From contig JAGBYO010000136.1 in NCBI GenBank assembly GCA_017628735.1, positions 1-60,209 on the forward strand: a stretch of 60,209 nucleotides of DNA, in the 5' to 3' direction. A program made the position numbers and the translations under genes. Each line of letters opens with the position of its first letter. Positions within the stretch are counted from its first letter, which is position 1. The notes below the pieces were generated by a model. It made no database searches and was not told the origin of the DNA. It saw only the letters and a list, made by a program, of their open reading frames with translations. Below are positions 1 to 9,102 of this stretch, piece after piece. This DNA comes from Alistipes sp. (GTDB lineage: Bacteria > Bacteroidota > Bacteroidia > Bacteroidales > Rikenellaceae).

Positions 1-765
1 AACTACCGCAACGCTCTCAACCGCTACAACGAGGCGCTGGAGCACGACACGACGAAGTATGAGTCGTTGTACAACCGTGCCAACGCCTACCTGCAGAATA
101 TGCTTACCAACCGTGCCGACACCACGCTGAAGGGCGAGGTGGCAAACACCCTATTCGAGCAGATTGCTGCCGACGAGCTACTGCCAAAGGAGAAGCGTGC
201 CGAGGTGTTGCGCAACTTGGGCGAGGGACTATTTTTGCAACAGAACTATGAGGCTGCACTCAACTCGTTCCGTGAGTCGCTGAAACTAAACCCTGCAGAT
301 AGAGAGGTTAAGCACAACTATATCCTCACCAAGCGCATTGTCGACCAGAAGCGTCAGCAACAGCAGCAGAACGAGCAGAACAACCAAAATCAGCAGAATC
401 AGGACAATCAGCAAAACCAAGACCAGAACCAAAATAACGAGGGCAACAACGACCAGAACCAAGACCAACAGCAGAATCAAGACCAAAACCAGCCCGAGAA
501 CAACGAGAATAACCAAGACAAGAACGACAACCAAAATAACGAGGGCGACAACAACCAAAACGAGAAGCCCGAGAACGAGAACGATAATGGCGACCAGAAG
601 GGTGATGAAGATGAGCAGGAGGGTGAGGCTCCACCGCCAAGTGGCATAAGCCGTGACGAGCAGGAGCGAATGCTTGATGCTATTCAGGCTCAGGAGGATA
701 AGACCAACGAGAAGCTGAAAGAGGGCGAGAAGGCCTATATCATTCCCGGTAAGAAAAATTGGTAA
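1..765 (+). CDS. batC: BatC-like TPR protein, 5'-truncated by window edge
   Basis: Frame open from base 1; TPR-like repeats (YNRANAY, RNLGEGLFLQQNYEAALNSFRESLKLNP), long Q/N/D/E linker, C-terminal ...KKNW; adjacent to batA/batB. Confidence 0.75.
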   Translation, partial: NYRNALNRYNEALEHDTTKYESLYNRANAYLQNMLTNRADTTLKGEVANTLFEQIAADELLPKEKRAEVLRNLGEGLFLQQNYEAALNSFRESLKLNPADREVKHNYILTKRIVDQKRQQQQQNEQNNQNQQNQDNQQNQDQNQNNEGNNDQNQDQQQNQDQNQPENNENNQDKNDNQNNEGDNNQNEKPENENDNGDQKGDEDEQEGEAPPPSGISRDEQERMLDAIQAQEDKTNEKLKEGEKAYIIPGKKNW

Positions 766-767
766 TT

Positions 768-1745
768 ATGAACTTTTTACACCCCAACATATTGTGGTTG
801 GCGCTGATAATTCCACTTATCGCCGCCCACTATATCTGGCAGGGCAGAAAGGGCGCTGCGCTCAATGTTACGACCATTCGTGGCCGTGCTCCTCGCACCT
901 TGCGCTACTATCTGCGGCATCTGCCTATCGTGCTACGACTCACTGCCTTAGCACTCCTTATCGTTGCCCTTGCCCGCCCCGTAGAGGAGCATAGCGAGCA
1001 GGAGGTAACAACCGAGGGTATCGACATCGTCTTGTCGATGGATATATCGTCGTCGATGCTTGCCCGCGACTTTCAGCCCGACCGCCTAACAGCCGCCAAG
1101 CAGATCGCATCGGAGTTTGTAGGCGAGCGACACGGCGATAGGCTTGCTGTTGTGGCATTCGCAGGTGAGTCGTTCACGCAGTGTCCGCTTACCACCGACC
1201 AATCTACCGTGCAGACACTCCTCGCTCGTCTGCGTAGCGGTGTTATCGAGGATGGTACGGCCATCGGCAACGGCCTTGCAACAGCAATAAATCGCCTGAG
1301 AGAGAGTAGCGCAAAATCTAAGGTTGTCGTACTGCTCACCGACGGCGTAAATAATCGCGGACAAATATCGCCACTTATGGCTGCCGAGATAGCCAAGGAT
1401 ATGGGTATCAAGGTCTACACCATCGGCGTAGGTCGCAAGGGCCAGGCACCCTATCCTGCGGTCGATATGTTTGGCAACCAGACGATGGTAATGGCCGATG
1501 TGGAGATTGACGAGAAGCTACTTACAGAGATCGCCACGATGACCGGCGGTAAATATTTCCGTGCCGAGAACAACAACGCCTTGGCCGAGATTTACGATGA
1601 AATCAACCTAATGGAGCGTAGCGAGGTGCAGGTTACCGAACACCTACTCTACGAGGAGCTATTCCTCAGTTGGCTAATCTTAGCGATACTTGTTTTGGTT
1701 GCTGAATTTGCACTCAGCTACCTGATACTTAACCGATTACCATAG
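768..1745 (+). CDS. batA: BatA, vWA-domain membrane protein
   Basis: N-terminal F.HP..LW BatA motif, ALARP, MIDAS DISSSM, GTAIGNGL, LLTDG; ATG 768 preferred. Confidence 0.9.
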   Translation: MNFLHPNILWLALIIPLIAAHYIWQGRKGAALNVTTIRGRAPRTLRYYLRHLPIVLRLTALALLIVALARPVEEHSEQEVTTEGIDIVLSMDISSSMLARDFQPDRLTAAKQIASEFVGERHGDRLAVVAFAGESFTQCPLTTDQSTVQTLLARLRSGVIEDGTAIGNGLATAINRLRESSAKSKVVVLLTDGVNNRGQISPLMAAEIAKDMGIKVYTIGVGRKGQAPYPAVDMFGNQTMVMADVEIDEKLLTEIATMTGGKYFRAENNNALAEIYDEINLMERSEVQVTEHLLYEELFLSWLILAILVLVAEFALSYLILNRLP

Positions 1746-1753
1746 TTTTAGAG

Positions 1754-2782
1754 ATGGATATTTTTGAATTTGCATACCCCGAACGACTTATCTACTTAGC
1801 CGTTGTGCCCGCCCTGTTTTTGGTCTATTGGGCTGTGGTGGCTATGCGCCGTCGTCGCCTTAAGAGGTTTGGCGATAGCGCTACCTTGGCAGAGCTTATG
1901 CCCGAGAGGTCGGTAGCTCGCGGTTGGATTAAGATTTCGTTGTTGGCGGTTGCCGTCATCTTCCTCACACTCGCCGCTGCCCGCCCACGCACAGGCTCGA
2001 AGTTGCGTACCGTAGAGACCGAGGGCAGAGAGATTATGCTTGTTGTCGATGTCTCGAACTCGATGCTTGCCGAGGATATCGAGCCAAGCCGTATGGAGCG
2101 CACACGCTACGCCATATCGCGCTTGGTCGAGAGCATGAAGGAGGATAGAGTGGGCGTTGTGGCATTTGCTGGCGAGGCAGAGGTGCTGCTGCCCATCACC
2201 TCGGACTATAAGATGGCGGAGTCGAAGGTCCGTAGCCTATCGCCCTCGATAATTCGCAACCAAGGTACCGACATAGGTGCTGCGTTGGAGCTTGCAACGC
2301 TCTCGTTTACAGCGTCGAGCAAGAGCAACCGCGTCATTATCCTTATCACCGATGGCGAGGCCCACGACGAGGGGGCTATTGCTGCTGCGGAGGTGGCAGC
2401 CAAGGAGGGCATCACCATATGCGCTATCGGCATCGGCACCCCCGAGGGCGAGACCCTCAAGATTGGTGGCCACTATATCGAAGACGAGGAGGGAAATATG
2501 GTCGTAACGAAGCTCAACGAGGAGCTTCTGCAACAAGTTGCTGCCGCCACCGAGGGCATCTACACACGCTCACGCAACGAGGATTTCGGTCTTCAAGGTA
2601 TTATCGAGAAGCTCGACGAGATTGAGGCTGAGGAGTTCACCGAGCGCATCTTCGACGAGTACGAGGAGCAGTATCAGTGGTTCTTGGGTGTTGCTATCCT
2701 ATTCCTCGCTATCGAGGCTGTGGTGCTCTCGCGCCGTAACCCTATGCTTCGTGGCGTGAAACTTTTTGAAGGAGAAAGATAA
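1754..2782 (+). CDS. batB: BatB, vWA-domain membrane protein
   Basis: AAARP, DVSNSM, QGTDIG, ITDGE motifs, C-terminal TM; follows batA. Confidence 0.88.
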   Translation: MDIFEFAYPERLIYLAVVPALFLVYWAVVAMRRRRLKRFGDSATLAELMPERSVARGWIKISLLAVAVIFLTLAAARPRTGSKLRTVETEGREIMLVVDVSNSMLAEDIEPSRMERTRYAISRLVESMKEDRVGVVAFAGEAEVLLPITSDYKMAESKVRSLSPSIIRNQGTDIGAALELATLSFTASSKSNRVIILITDGEAHDEGAIAAAEVAAKEGITICAIGIGTPEGETLKIGGHYIEDEEGNMVVTKLNEELLQQVAAATEGIYTRSRNEDFGLQGIIEKLDEIEAEEFTERIFDEYEEQYQWFLGVAILFLAIEAVVLSRRNPMLRGVKLFEGER

Positions 2783-2800
2783 CTACTAACAAATTAAAAA

Positions 2801-2996
2801 AAGGGAGGTTTTATAAATTAGGTCGAGTTGATTTTGAAGATTATTTTGATTCAGATTTCTAATTTCTTCCGCAAGGCGCAATGCGAGCATTGTAACTCAA
2901 GGAAAAATTAGAAATATGCCAAAATAAATTCAAAAGCAACCGAAATAGAATCTTCCGACAACGAAAACTTATTTACTAATTTATAAAACATACCTT
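2801..2996. repeat. Palindromic element family A, copy 1 (~195 bp)
   Basis: Terminal IR GTTTTATAAATTAG (2808-2821) / CTAATTTATAAAAC (2976-2989), nested stems; homologous to 15027-15220. Confidence 0.85.
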
Positions 2997-3002
2997 AGAA
3001 TT

Positions 3003-4460
3003 ATGAGCATTAGAGATTTGAAGCCCCAGCTTATCTGGGAGCAGTTTGATGACATCTGTCAGGTGCCTCGCCCCTCGAAGAAGGAGGGCAAGATTATCGC
3101 TTGGCTTCAGGAGTGGGCTAAGAAGCACAACTTCGACTACCAGACCGATGAGACAGGCAATGTTGTTATCCGCAAGGCTGCAACAAAGGGCTTTGAGGGT
3201 CGCCCCGCAGTGATTCTCCAGTCGCACATGGATATGGTATGCGAGAAGAACTCAGATGTAGAGTTCGACTTCGAGAACGACCCTATCCAGCCCTGGATTG
3301 ATGGCGAGTGGGTTAAGGCTAAGGGCACCACACTTGGTGCTGACTGCGGTATCGGTATGGCTGCTGCGTTGGCAATATTGCTCGATGACAGCCTTGAACA
3401 CCCCGCTATCGAGGCACTCTTCACCGTTGATGAGGAGACAGGTCTTACTGGCGCTTTCGGCCTTGGTGAGGGTATGCTTACGGGCAAGTATCTTGTAAAC
3501 CTCGACTCGGAGGACGAGGGCGAGCTGTTTATCGGTTGTGCGGGCGGTATCGACACTGTGGCAACTATGGATTACGACAAGGAGGAGGCTCCTGAGGGCT
3601 ACGCCTTTGTTCGCTTGGAGGTTGGCGACCTTCTTGGTGGCCACTCAGGCGATGATATCGACAAGGGCCGTGGCAACTCGAACAAGCTCCTTGCTCGCTT
3701 CCTCTACAACGCTGCCGACACCTTCCAGATTGCTTTGGCAAAGTTCGATGGCGGTAACTTGCGCAACGCTATTCCTCGTGAGGCATACGCTATCGTAGGT
3801 GTTCCCGCCGAGGCGAAGGAGGATTTCGAGGAGCGCTTCTTGGAGTTTGGTCAGGAGCTTATGGAGGAGTTCAAGCACACCGAGCCCCGTATGCGCTTCA
3901 CCGTTAACGATGTCGATGAGAAGGTTACGGAGGTAATGTCAAATGATGATATGTGCGCTCTGCTCATCACCATCGTGGGCTTGCCCAATGGTGTTTTGGC
4001 AATGTCGTTTGCCGTTCCGGGTCTTGTTGAGACCTCGTCGAACCTCGCATCGGTAAAGTTCAACACCGAGGAGGGCAAGGTGACTATCACCACCTCGCAG
4101 CGTTCGTCTGTTGAGAGCGCCAAGCTCTATGCAGCACAGACTATCGAGTCGGTATTCTTCCTCGCAGGCTTCGATGTAGAGCACTCTGATGGCTACCCCG
4201 GTTGGTCACCCAACCCCGATTCGAAGCTCTTGGCAACCACCGTTGAGTGCTACCGTAACCTCTTCGCCACTGAGCCCAAGGTGCGTGCTATCCACGCTGG
4301 CTTGGAGTGTGGCTTGTTCCTCGAGAAGTACCCCCACTTGGAGATGGTGTCGTTCGGTCCTACACTCCGTGGCGTACACTCGCCCGACGAGCGCCTTGAG
4401 ATTTCGACTGTCGATAAGTTCTGGAAGCTCCTCGTCGAGCTACTAAAGGTTATCGACTAA
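3003..4460 (+). CDS. pepD: Aminoacyl-histidine dipeptidase (M20)
   Basis: LQSHMDMV, TLGADCG, DEETG, NLDSED, HAGLECG, HSPDE motifs. Confidence 0.93.
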   Translation: MSIRDLKPQLIWEQFDDICQVPRPSKKEGKIIAWLQEWAKKHNFDYQTDETGNVVIRKAATKGFEGRPAVILQSHMDMVCEKNSDVEFDFENDPIQPWIDGEWVKAKGTTLGADCGIGMAAALAILLDDSLEHPAIEALFTVDEETGLTGAFGLGEGMLTGKYLVNLDSEDEGELFIGCAGGIDTVATMDYDKEEAPEGYAFVRLEVGDLLGGHSGDDIDKGRGNSNKLLARFLYNAADTFQIALAKFDGGNLRNAIPREAYAIVGVPAEAKEDFEERFLEFGQELMEEFKHTEPRMRFTVNDVDEKVTEVMSNDDMCALLITIVGLPNGVLAMSFAVPGLVETSSNLASVKFNTEEGKVTITTSQRSSVESAKLYAAQTIESVFFLAGFDVEHSDGYPGWSPNPDSKLLATTVECYRNLFATEPKVRAIHAGLECGLFLEKYPHLEMVSFGPTLRGVHSPDERLEISTVDKFWKLLVELLKVID

Positions 4461-4465
4461 CAAAG

Positions 4466-4491
4466 AAGACCGCCGAGGCGGTCTTTTTTTT
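4466..4491 (+). terminator. Rho-independent terminator of pepD
   Basis: AAGACCGCC-GA-GGCGGTCTT plus T run. Confidence 0.8.
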
Positions 4492-4650
4492 AGTTTTTAG
4501 TTATTAGTTGTTAGATGGGCGCTAAAGATAAGCGCAGTCGATAGAGAAGTTAGGGAATTTAAAGAAGTTAGGGAGAGCGCTATCATCATTTATCCCTAAG
4601 CTCCCAACACTCATTAAATTCCCTAATAAACCTCCTCCCAATCAGCACTC
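4491..4650. repeat. Heptamer (TAGTTNT) and nonamer (AAGTTAGGG-like) repeat module
   Basis: TAGTTTT-TAGTTAT-TAGTTGT-TAG, then imperfect 9-mers with inverted counterparts; homologous to 34893-35040. Confidence 0.7.
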
Positions 4651-4654
4651 AGCC

Positions 4655-4783
4655 AATTTCTTGTCAAAAGGGGCATAATTTGGCGCCGATAAAGAAATTG
4701 CCCTGGATGGGACATACTTGGCGTATTTCCCATTCAGGGCAATGATTGAGGCGAAAGAAGGATGCCCCTTTTCACAAGAAATT
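4655..4783 (-). repeat. Palindromic element family B, copy 1 (~129 bp)
   Basis: Termini AATTTCTTGT / ACAAGAAATT, nested stems, apical TAC-loop-GTA; overlaps TAA stop at 4782-4784. Confidence 0.85.
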
Positions 4784-5408
4784 AGAAGGTGAGGGTGAAG
4801 CCAAGGAATACCCCCTGATTGAATTCGTGACGCTTAACATCCTTCTCGTTAAGCTGATAAGCTCCCTCCATCTCGGGACGAGGGCGGAGAAGAAGTGCCT
4901 GATAGCCCACCATGATATCGTATTTGTACTTGCTATCGGGAGCCTGAATACGGTAACCAACACCTCCTGCACATGTTGAGCCAAAGCGCACTCCCTTATC
5001 GAAGAGTAGGTTAGTACCGAGGTTTAGGAAGTTGAAGAGGCAGTTCTTGCGCGTGCCATAGTAGTAGTGTGCAGTGGCATAGATAGGCATTACTGTATAG
5101 TTATACTGCATCTGTACACCGAGCTCTGCACCAATCTTCCAGTGGTTGTTAAGGAAGTAACCTGCGTTGACAAGCACATTACCGCCAAACTTCGCCTGGT
5201 CCTTATAGGTGCGCATAGCCTTCTCACCCACGATGCGTGTGCGGTCGAGCTCATAGAAGATAAGGTTGGCGCGCAACGACACACCCTTCTCCCAACCCTG
5301 ATAGTGGCGGGTCTTGCGCTCAATCTCCTCGGGAGTCTCACGACGGCGTGCTTCAGCCATAGGTATTGTCATCGCCACCAAAAGTAGCAACACTAAAAAC
5401 TTCTTCAT
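4782..5408 (-). CDS. Putative outer-membrane beta-barrel protein
   Basis: Signal peptide, alternating aromatic/Gly strands, C-terminal FLGFTLTF. Confidence 0.65.
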   Translation of the reverse strand: MKKFLVLLLLVAMTIPMAEARRRETPEEIERKTRHYQGWEKGVSLRANLIFYELDRTRIVGEKAMRTYKDQAKFGGNVLVNAGYFLNNHWKIGAELGVQMQYNYTVMPIYATAHYYYGTRKNCLFNFLNLGTNLLFDKGVRFGSTCAGGVGYRIQAPDSKYKYDIMVGYQALLLRPRPEMEGAYQLNEKDVKRHEFNQGVFLGFTLTF

Positions 5409-5443
5409 CGTTAATCGTTTAGATATTAAAACGGCACATCAAA

Positions 5444-6469
5444 CTATTTATTGCCTCTTACATACTTCTCCCACTCCCACGCAGCACGCAGAGTGTCGTT
5501 GAGCTCACGCTCGGCACGCCAGCCAAGCTCCTCGTTGGCAAGCGTTGTGTCTGCCCACACGGCGGTTACATCACCTGCACGGCGTGCGGCAACCTTGTAG
5601 TTGAGCTTTAGCTCGTTGGCAGCCTCGAAGCCCTTGACAAGCTCGAATACCGATACAGGGCGACCAGTACCTACATTGAATACCTCGTAGCGCTCCTTGT
5701 TGCGACCCTCGACCATACGCTCGATAGCCACCACATGGGCACGGGCAAGGTCGACGATGTCGATATAGTCGCGTAGGCACGAGCCATCGGGCGTGGGATA
5801 GTCGTCACCGAAGATTGAGAGGCACTCGCGGATGCCGGCAGCAGTCTGTGTGATGTAGGGCACAAGGTTGTTGGGCACACCACGGGGTAGCTCGCCGATA
5901 AGTGCCGAGGGGTGCGCACCGATGGGGTTGAAATAGCGCAAGGCGATACCGTTGAGTCCCTCGGTAGCAAAGACCATATCGCGGAGGATATCCTCGGACA
6001 TCTGCTTCGTAGCACCATAGGGCGAGGTTGCTGGCTTGCGTGGTGTAAGCTCAGTTACGGGCAACACCTCGGCATCGCCATAGACGGTAGCCGACGATGA
6101 GAATACGACATTGTGGCGGCCGTACTCCTTCATAAGCTCGAGGATTGTTACGAACGAGAGGAGATTGTTGCGGTAGTACTTCATAGGCTCGGCAACCGAC
6201 TCACCAACAGCCTTGAAGGCGGCAAAGTGGATAACCGAGTCGAAGTCGTAGCGCTCAAAGACACGACGCATAGCCTCCTTGTCGCAGCAGTCTGCCTCAA
6301 CAAAGATGGGCTCGATGCCTGTAATCTTGCGAATACCATCGAGCGACGAGGGATCGCTATTTGAGAAGTTGTCGACGATAACAACCTCAAAACCAGCCTT
6401 AGTAAGTTCTACCACGGTGTGCGAACCAATGTAGCCGGCACCACCCGCAACCAATACTCTCTTGTTCAT
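5444..6469 (-). CDS. galE: UDP-glucose 4-epimerase
   Basis: GGAGYIGSH, HFAAFKAVGES, FSSSATVYG, YGATK, LRYFNPIGAH. Confidence 0.96.
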   Translation of the reverse strand: MNKRVLVAGGAGYIGSHTVVELTKAGFEVVIVDNFSNSDPSSLDGIRKITGIEPIFVEADCCDKEAMRRVFERYDFDSVIHFAAFKAVGESVAEPMKYYRNNLLSFVTILELMKEYGRHNVVFSSSATVYGDAEVLPVTELTPRKPATSPYGATKQMSEDILRDMVFATEGLNGIALRYFNPIGAHPSALIGELPRGVPNNLVPYITQTAAGIRECLSIFGDDYPTPDGSCLRDYIDIVDLARAHVVAIERMVEGRNKERYEVFNVGTGRPVSVFELVKGFEAANELKLNYKVAARRAGDVTAVWADTTLANEELGWRAERELNDTLRAAWEWEKYVRGNK

Positions 6470-6497
6470 ATATTGCGTTTCTAAAGTTTACAACCGC

Positions 6498-6529
6498 CAA
6501 AGTTAGGATTTATTTTGCATTTATGCAAA
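6498..6529 (-). promoter_or_regulatory. Bacteroidetes housekeeping promoter for galE
   Basis: TTTG (6529-6526), 20-nt spacer, TAACTTTG (6505-6498). Confidence 0.7.
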
Positions 6530-6554
6530 AAGCAAGCTACAATTTTCCGCCGCT

Positions 6555-6980
6555 TCACTCCACAGCCACTGCACCACGGTCGCGTGCAAAGAGGTTCCAG
6601 CCACGGTGAATATCATCAATCGAGGGGTTCTCGCCATTCTCGATTTCGGCCATTGCCGCCACGATAGGCACCATATCGCGGGGGCTTCGGCTATCCACAC
6701 GCTCGTCGGCACCGATACCCGACCGACGACAGACAAAGCGCACATAGCCATCTGTAAAGTTCTCAGTAGGCGGAGCATAGCGTGATATCATCTTACGAAT
6801 TGTAGTCAGCCCATAGCGACGAGCATAGGTGTCGAGCAGGACAAATATCGCACGGTAGCCATACTCCACCGCCGAGAATTGCTTGAAGGCACTATCCTTA
6901 GATGGTACCACCTCGCCTTTGAAGCGCGTTGCCGAAAGGCGAATATTGCCCGGGTTGTTATTACGCATGCCTCTACTCAC
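6555..6980 (-). CDS. Phage-type lysozyme-like protein (putative endolysin)
   Basis: RGMRNNNPGNIR, GYRA, TIRKMISRYAPPTEN motifs; follows the holin; GTG 6980 overlapping the holin stop preferred over 7001. Confidence 0.72.
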   Translation of the reverse strand: MSRGMRNNNPGNIRLSATRFKGEVVPSKDSAFKQFSAVEYGYRAIFVLLDTYARRYGLTTIRKMISRYAPPTENFTDGYVRFVCRRSGIGADERVDSRSPRDMVPIVAAMAEIENGENPSIDDIHRGWNLFARDRGAVAVE

Positions 6981-7398
6981 CCTGCACCTCCTCGTCGACA
7001 CGACGCTTTACGATACGACCGAGCCACGCCAAAAGTGGCGAATTACTAATCGTGGCGCCATTCTCCAAGAACGACCACAGCTCCACCCCACAGACAAAAC
7101 CTGTAAAGAGACGGGCGAGGTTAAGGTGCATAAATTCCAAAACGCAACTATCAAGCACCCACGACATTACGATACCTACAACGACAAACACGGTCTTCAG
7201 TATCGTGCGCCATGCACGACGGCTCTCGAACCACCACTCACGCCCCGAGCGCCGTGCCTCGACACACGAGGCGGCAACACCCGTTAGGAAGTCCACAAAA
7301 ATAAAGGCTACGGCCGAGAGGATAAGTGGTGTGATAGGACAAAGAAGTGCGGCAAAGGCAGCCACGAGGCCACTAATGAGTCTGTACAATATCTCCAT
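6973..7398 (-). CDS. Phage holin (Phage_holin_4_1/TcdE-like)
   Basis: Hydrophobic segments, DFLTGV...SRRAWRTILK...ELWSFLEN signature. Confidence 0.8.
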   Translation of the reverse strand: MEILYRLISGLVAAFAALLCPITPLILSAVAFIFVDFLTGVAASCVEARRSGREWWFESRRAWRTILKTVFVVVGIVMSWVLDSCVLEFMHLNLARLFTGFVCGVELWSFLENGATISNSPLLAWLGRIVKRRVDEEVQGE

Positions 7399-7849
7399 TG
7401 ATTGAGCAACGATTTAAGGGGTTTTCATCGGGGTTGTACTCCGCAAAATCGGCGAAGTGCGCATTGAGGTAGTCGCCAAGACGGCGTGAGAGGGTCTGTG
7501 CTGTGTGGCGTAGGTTGCGTTGCAGGGCAGACATACGGACATTATCTGCCGTTGTGGCGTTGTAGAAGTCGTTACCCTCGCTCACCAAACACGATGAGCA
7601 ACGGTGGCCGAGCAGGGGTTGAATGGCGTAGCGCACCCAGGCAGCGATGGCGGGGGCAACATACTCCTCCATAAGGTCGGCATAGCGCCCATCGGCAAGG
7701 GCATCATAGAGCGCCTCACCAACCACAGGGCGAATATGGCGCTCCTCGACAGCCACGATATCCGAGGGCATAACGACACTTGGCGAGAGTAGCTCATCCA
7801 CGGAAAAAGCGAGGCGAAATACCCTTTCGGGAGAAATCAATGTCTTCAT
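7373..7849 (-). CDS. Putative head-tail adaptor / head completion protein
   Basis: IRPVVGEALYDAL...Y.DLMEEYVAPA pattern resembling Bacteroidetes phage head-completion proteins; directly after portal. Confidence 0.55.
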   Translation of the reverse strand: MKTLISPERVFRLAFSVDELLSPSVVMPSDIVAVEERHIRPVVGEALYDALADGRYADLMEEYVAPAIAAWVRYAIQPLLGHRCSSCLVSEGNDFYNATTADNVRMSALQRNLRHTAQTLSRRLGDYLNAHFADFAEYNPDENPLNRCSINGDIVQTH

Positions 7850-7855
7850 AACGAT

Positions 7856-9076
7856 TTAAGTATTAGATGTTTTACCAAGCGAAGCAAGGAACTGCTGCTG
7901 CTCGGGGTCGCTCTCGTCATAGTCTAAGCCATCGGCCTTGCGAGCCTCCCAGATACGCATATATTGTGGCTTAGAGCGCGTGGGTGGGCGGTTGACAATC
8001 TCCAACGACGAGGCATCAACACCAAAAACCAACTCTATAACCTTGCGAATGGGGGATAATAACTGCTCCTGCTCGGGGAGAATTACAGTGTTGAGTGCCA
8101 CCTCATACTCGTGCAAGATGCGCTCCGACGAAAACCCCGACGAGTAGTCAAGACCACTTAGCGAACGAAACCACGAGTGGGCGATGATAAGGTCGTTCTC
8201 GGCCTGAGTGTGGAGCGTGTGCCAATCGCCGTCGGTAGCGGTGTTGATGGGGATAAAGCGCGAATTATCGCCCTCGGCTTTGTCGCGTAGAACAAAGAGT
8301 ACTTGGCCTGGGTTACCAGCAAACTTCTCCTCGGCCATACGCACTATACGGTCGGCCTCGGCCTCGCTATCCACCACACTATCGAGCATCATCACGCCCG
8401 ATAGCTGAAAGGCGTTATCAAGACGCGAAATATTCCACTTATCAGTCTTATAGGCAATAGCTGCCGCATCTATTCCGGCGAGGTAGCTCGCCACACCATA
8501 GTGCGAGAACATAGGTTCATAATCTTTGTAGTGCACCATCGAGCGTAGCGTGCCATCTGCTTGCTCCTCGAAACGGGGGTAAAGTGGCAACGACTTAGCT
8601 TCAGCAGCATTGAACGAGCGCCAGTCGTGGTGCAGAACCACATGCTCCGAGTCGCGCGCCACACGACACTCCGAGGCATCACGATGATAGAGTGCAACAA
8701 AGCTATGCTCCGAGTCGGTCACCACCTCCATAAAGGCGTTGCCAAACAACATCTCGTCGAAGGCCAAGCGGTGAATAACATCGCGTAGGGTGTCGCCAGC
8801 ACCATTGGCCGAGGCGATAAGGTGGCTAACGAGTGGTTGCTCATCACCACAAACAAGGCCCTTACCAGCGATATAGTCAGCCTTGTCGTTGAGTATTCGG
8901 CGGTGAGCCACCGAGCGACGCGAGATGAGCGAGAGAGCATAAGGCAACATATTGTCGTCACCCCAATTCCACACTCTCTCAGATGTTGCAGATGCTCCCG
9001 TCACGGCCGAGCCCAAGAGGGGCTCGACACGGTTTTCGGGGGCTGCTATGCGTGTAGCAATGCGTTTTTCTGACAT
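7856..9076 (-). CDS. Phage portal protein
   Basis: WGDDNMLP...SVAHRRILNDKADYIAGKG, D..LFGNAFMEV, DNAFQLSG; ~400 aa next to capsid. Confidence 0.8.
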   Translation of the reverse strand: MSEKRIATRIAAPENRVEPLLGSAVTGASATSERVWNWGDDNMLPYALSLISRRSVAHRRILNDKADYIAGKGLVCGDEQPLVSHLIASANGAGDTLRDVIHRLAFDEMLFGNAFMEVVTDSEHSFVALYHRDASECRVARDSEHVVLHHDWRSFNAAEAKSLPLYPRFEEQADGTLRSMVHYKDYEPMFSHYGVASYLAGIDAAAIAYKTDKWNISRLDNAFQLSGVMMLDSVVDSEAEADRIVRMAEEKFAGNPGQVLFVLRDKAEGDNSRFIPINTATDGDWHTLHTQAENDLIIAHSWFRSLSGLDYSSGFSSERILHEYEVALNTVILPEQEQLLSPIRKVIELVFGVDASSLEIVNRPPTRSKPQYMRIWEARKADGLDYDESDPEQQQFLASLGKTSNT

Positions 9077-9102
9077 AGCAATAGAGGTGTTATAGTTAGA
9101 CT

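Noticed and set aside
340-620. CAGAAC/AACCAA-rich repetitive DNA
   Set aside because: Encodes the ordinary Q/N-rich linker of BatC; not an array
4491-4650. Possible CRISPR array
   Set aside because: Units are degenerate 7-9-mers without unique spacers; no cas genes in the window
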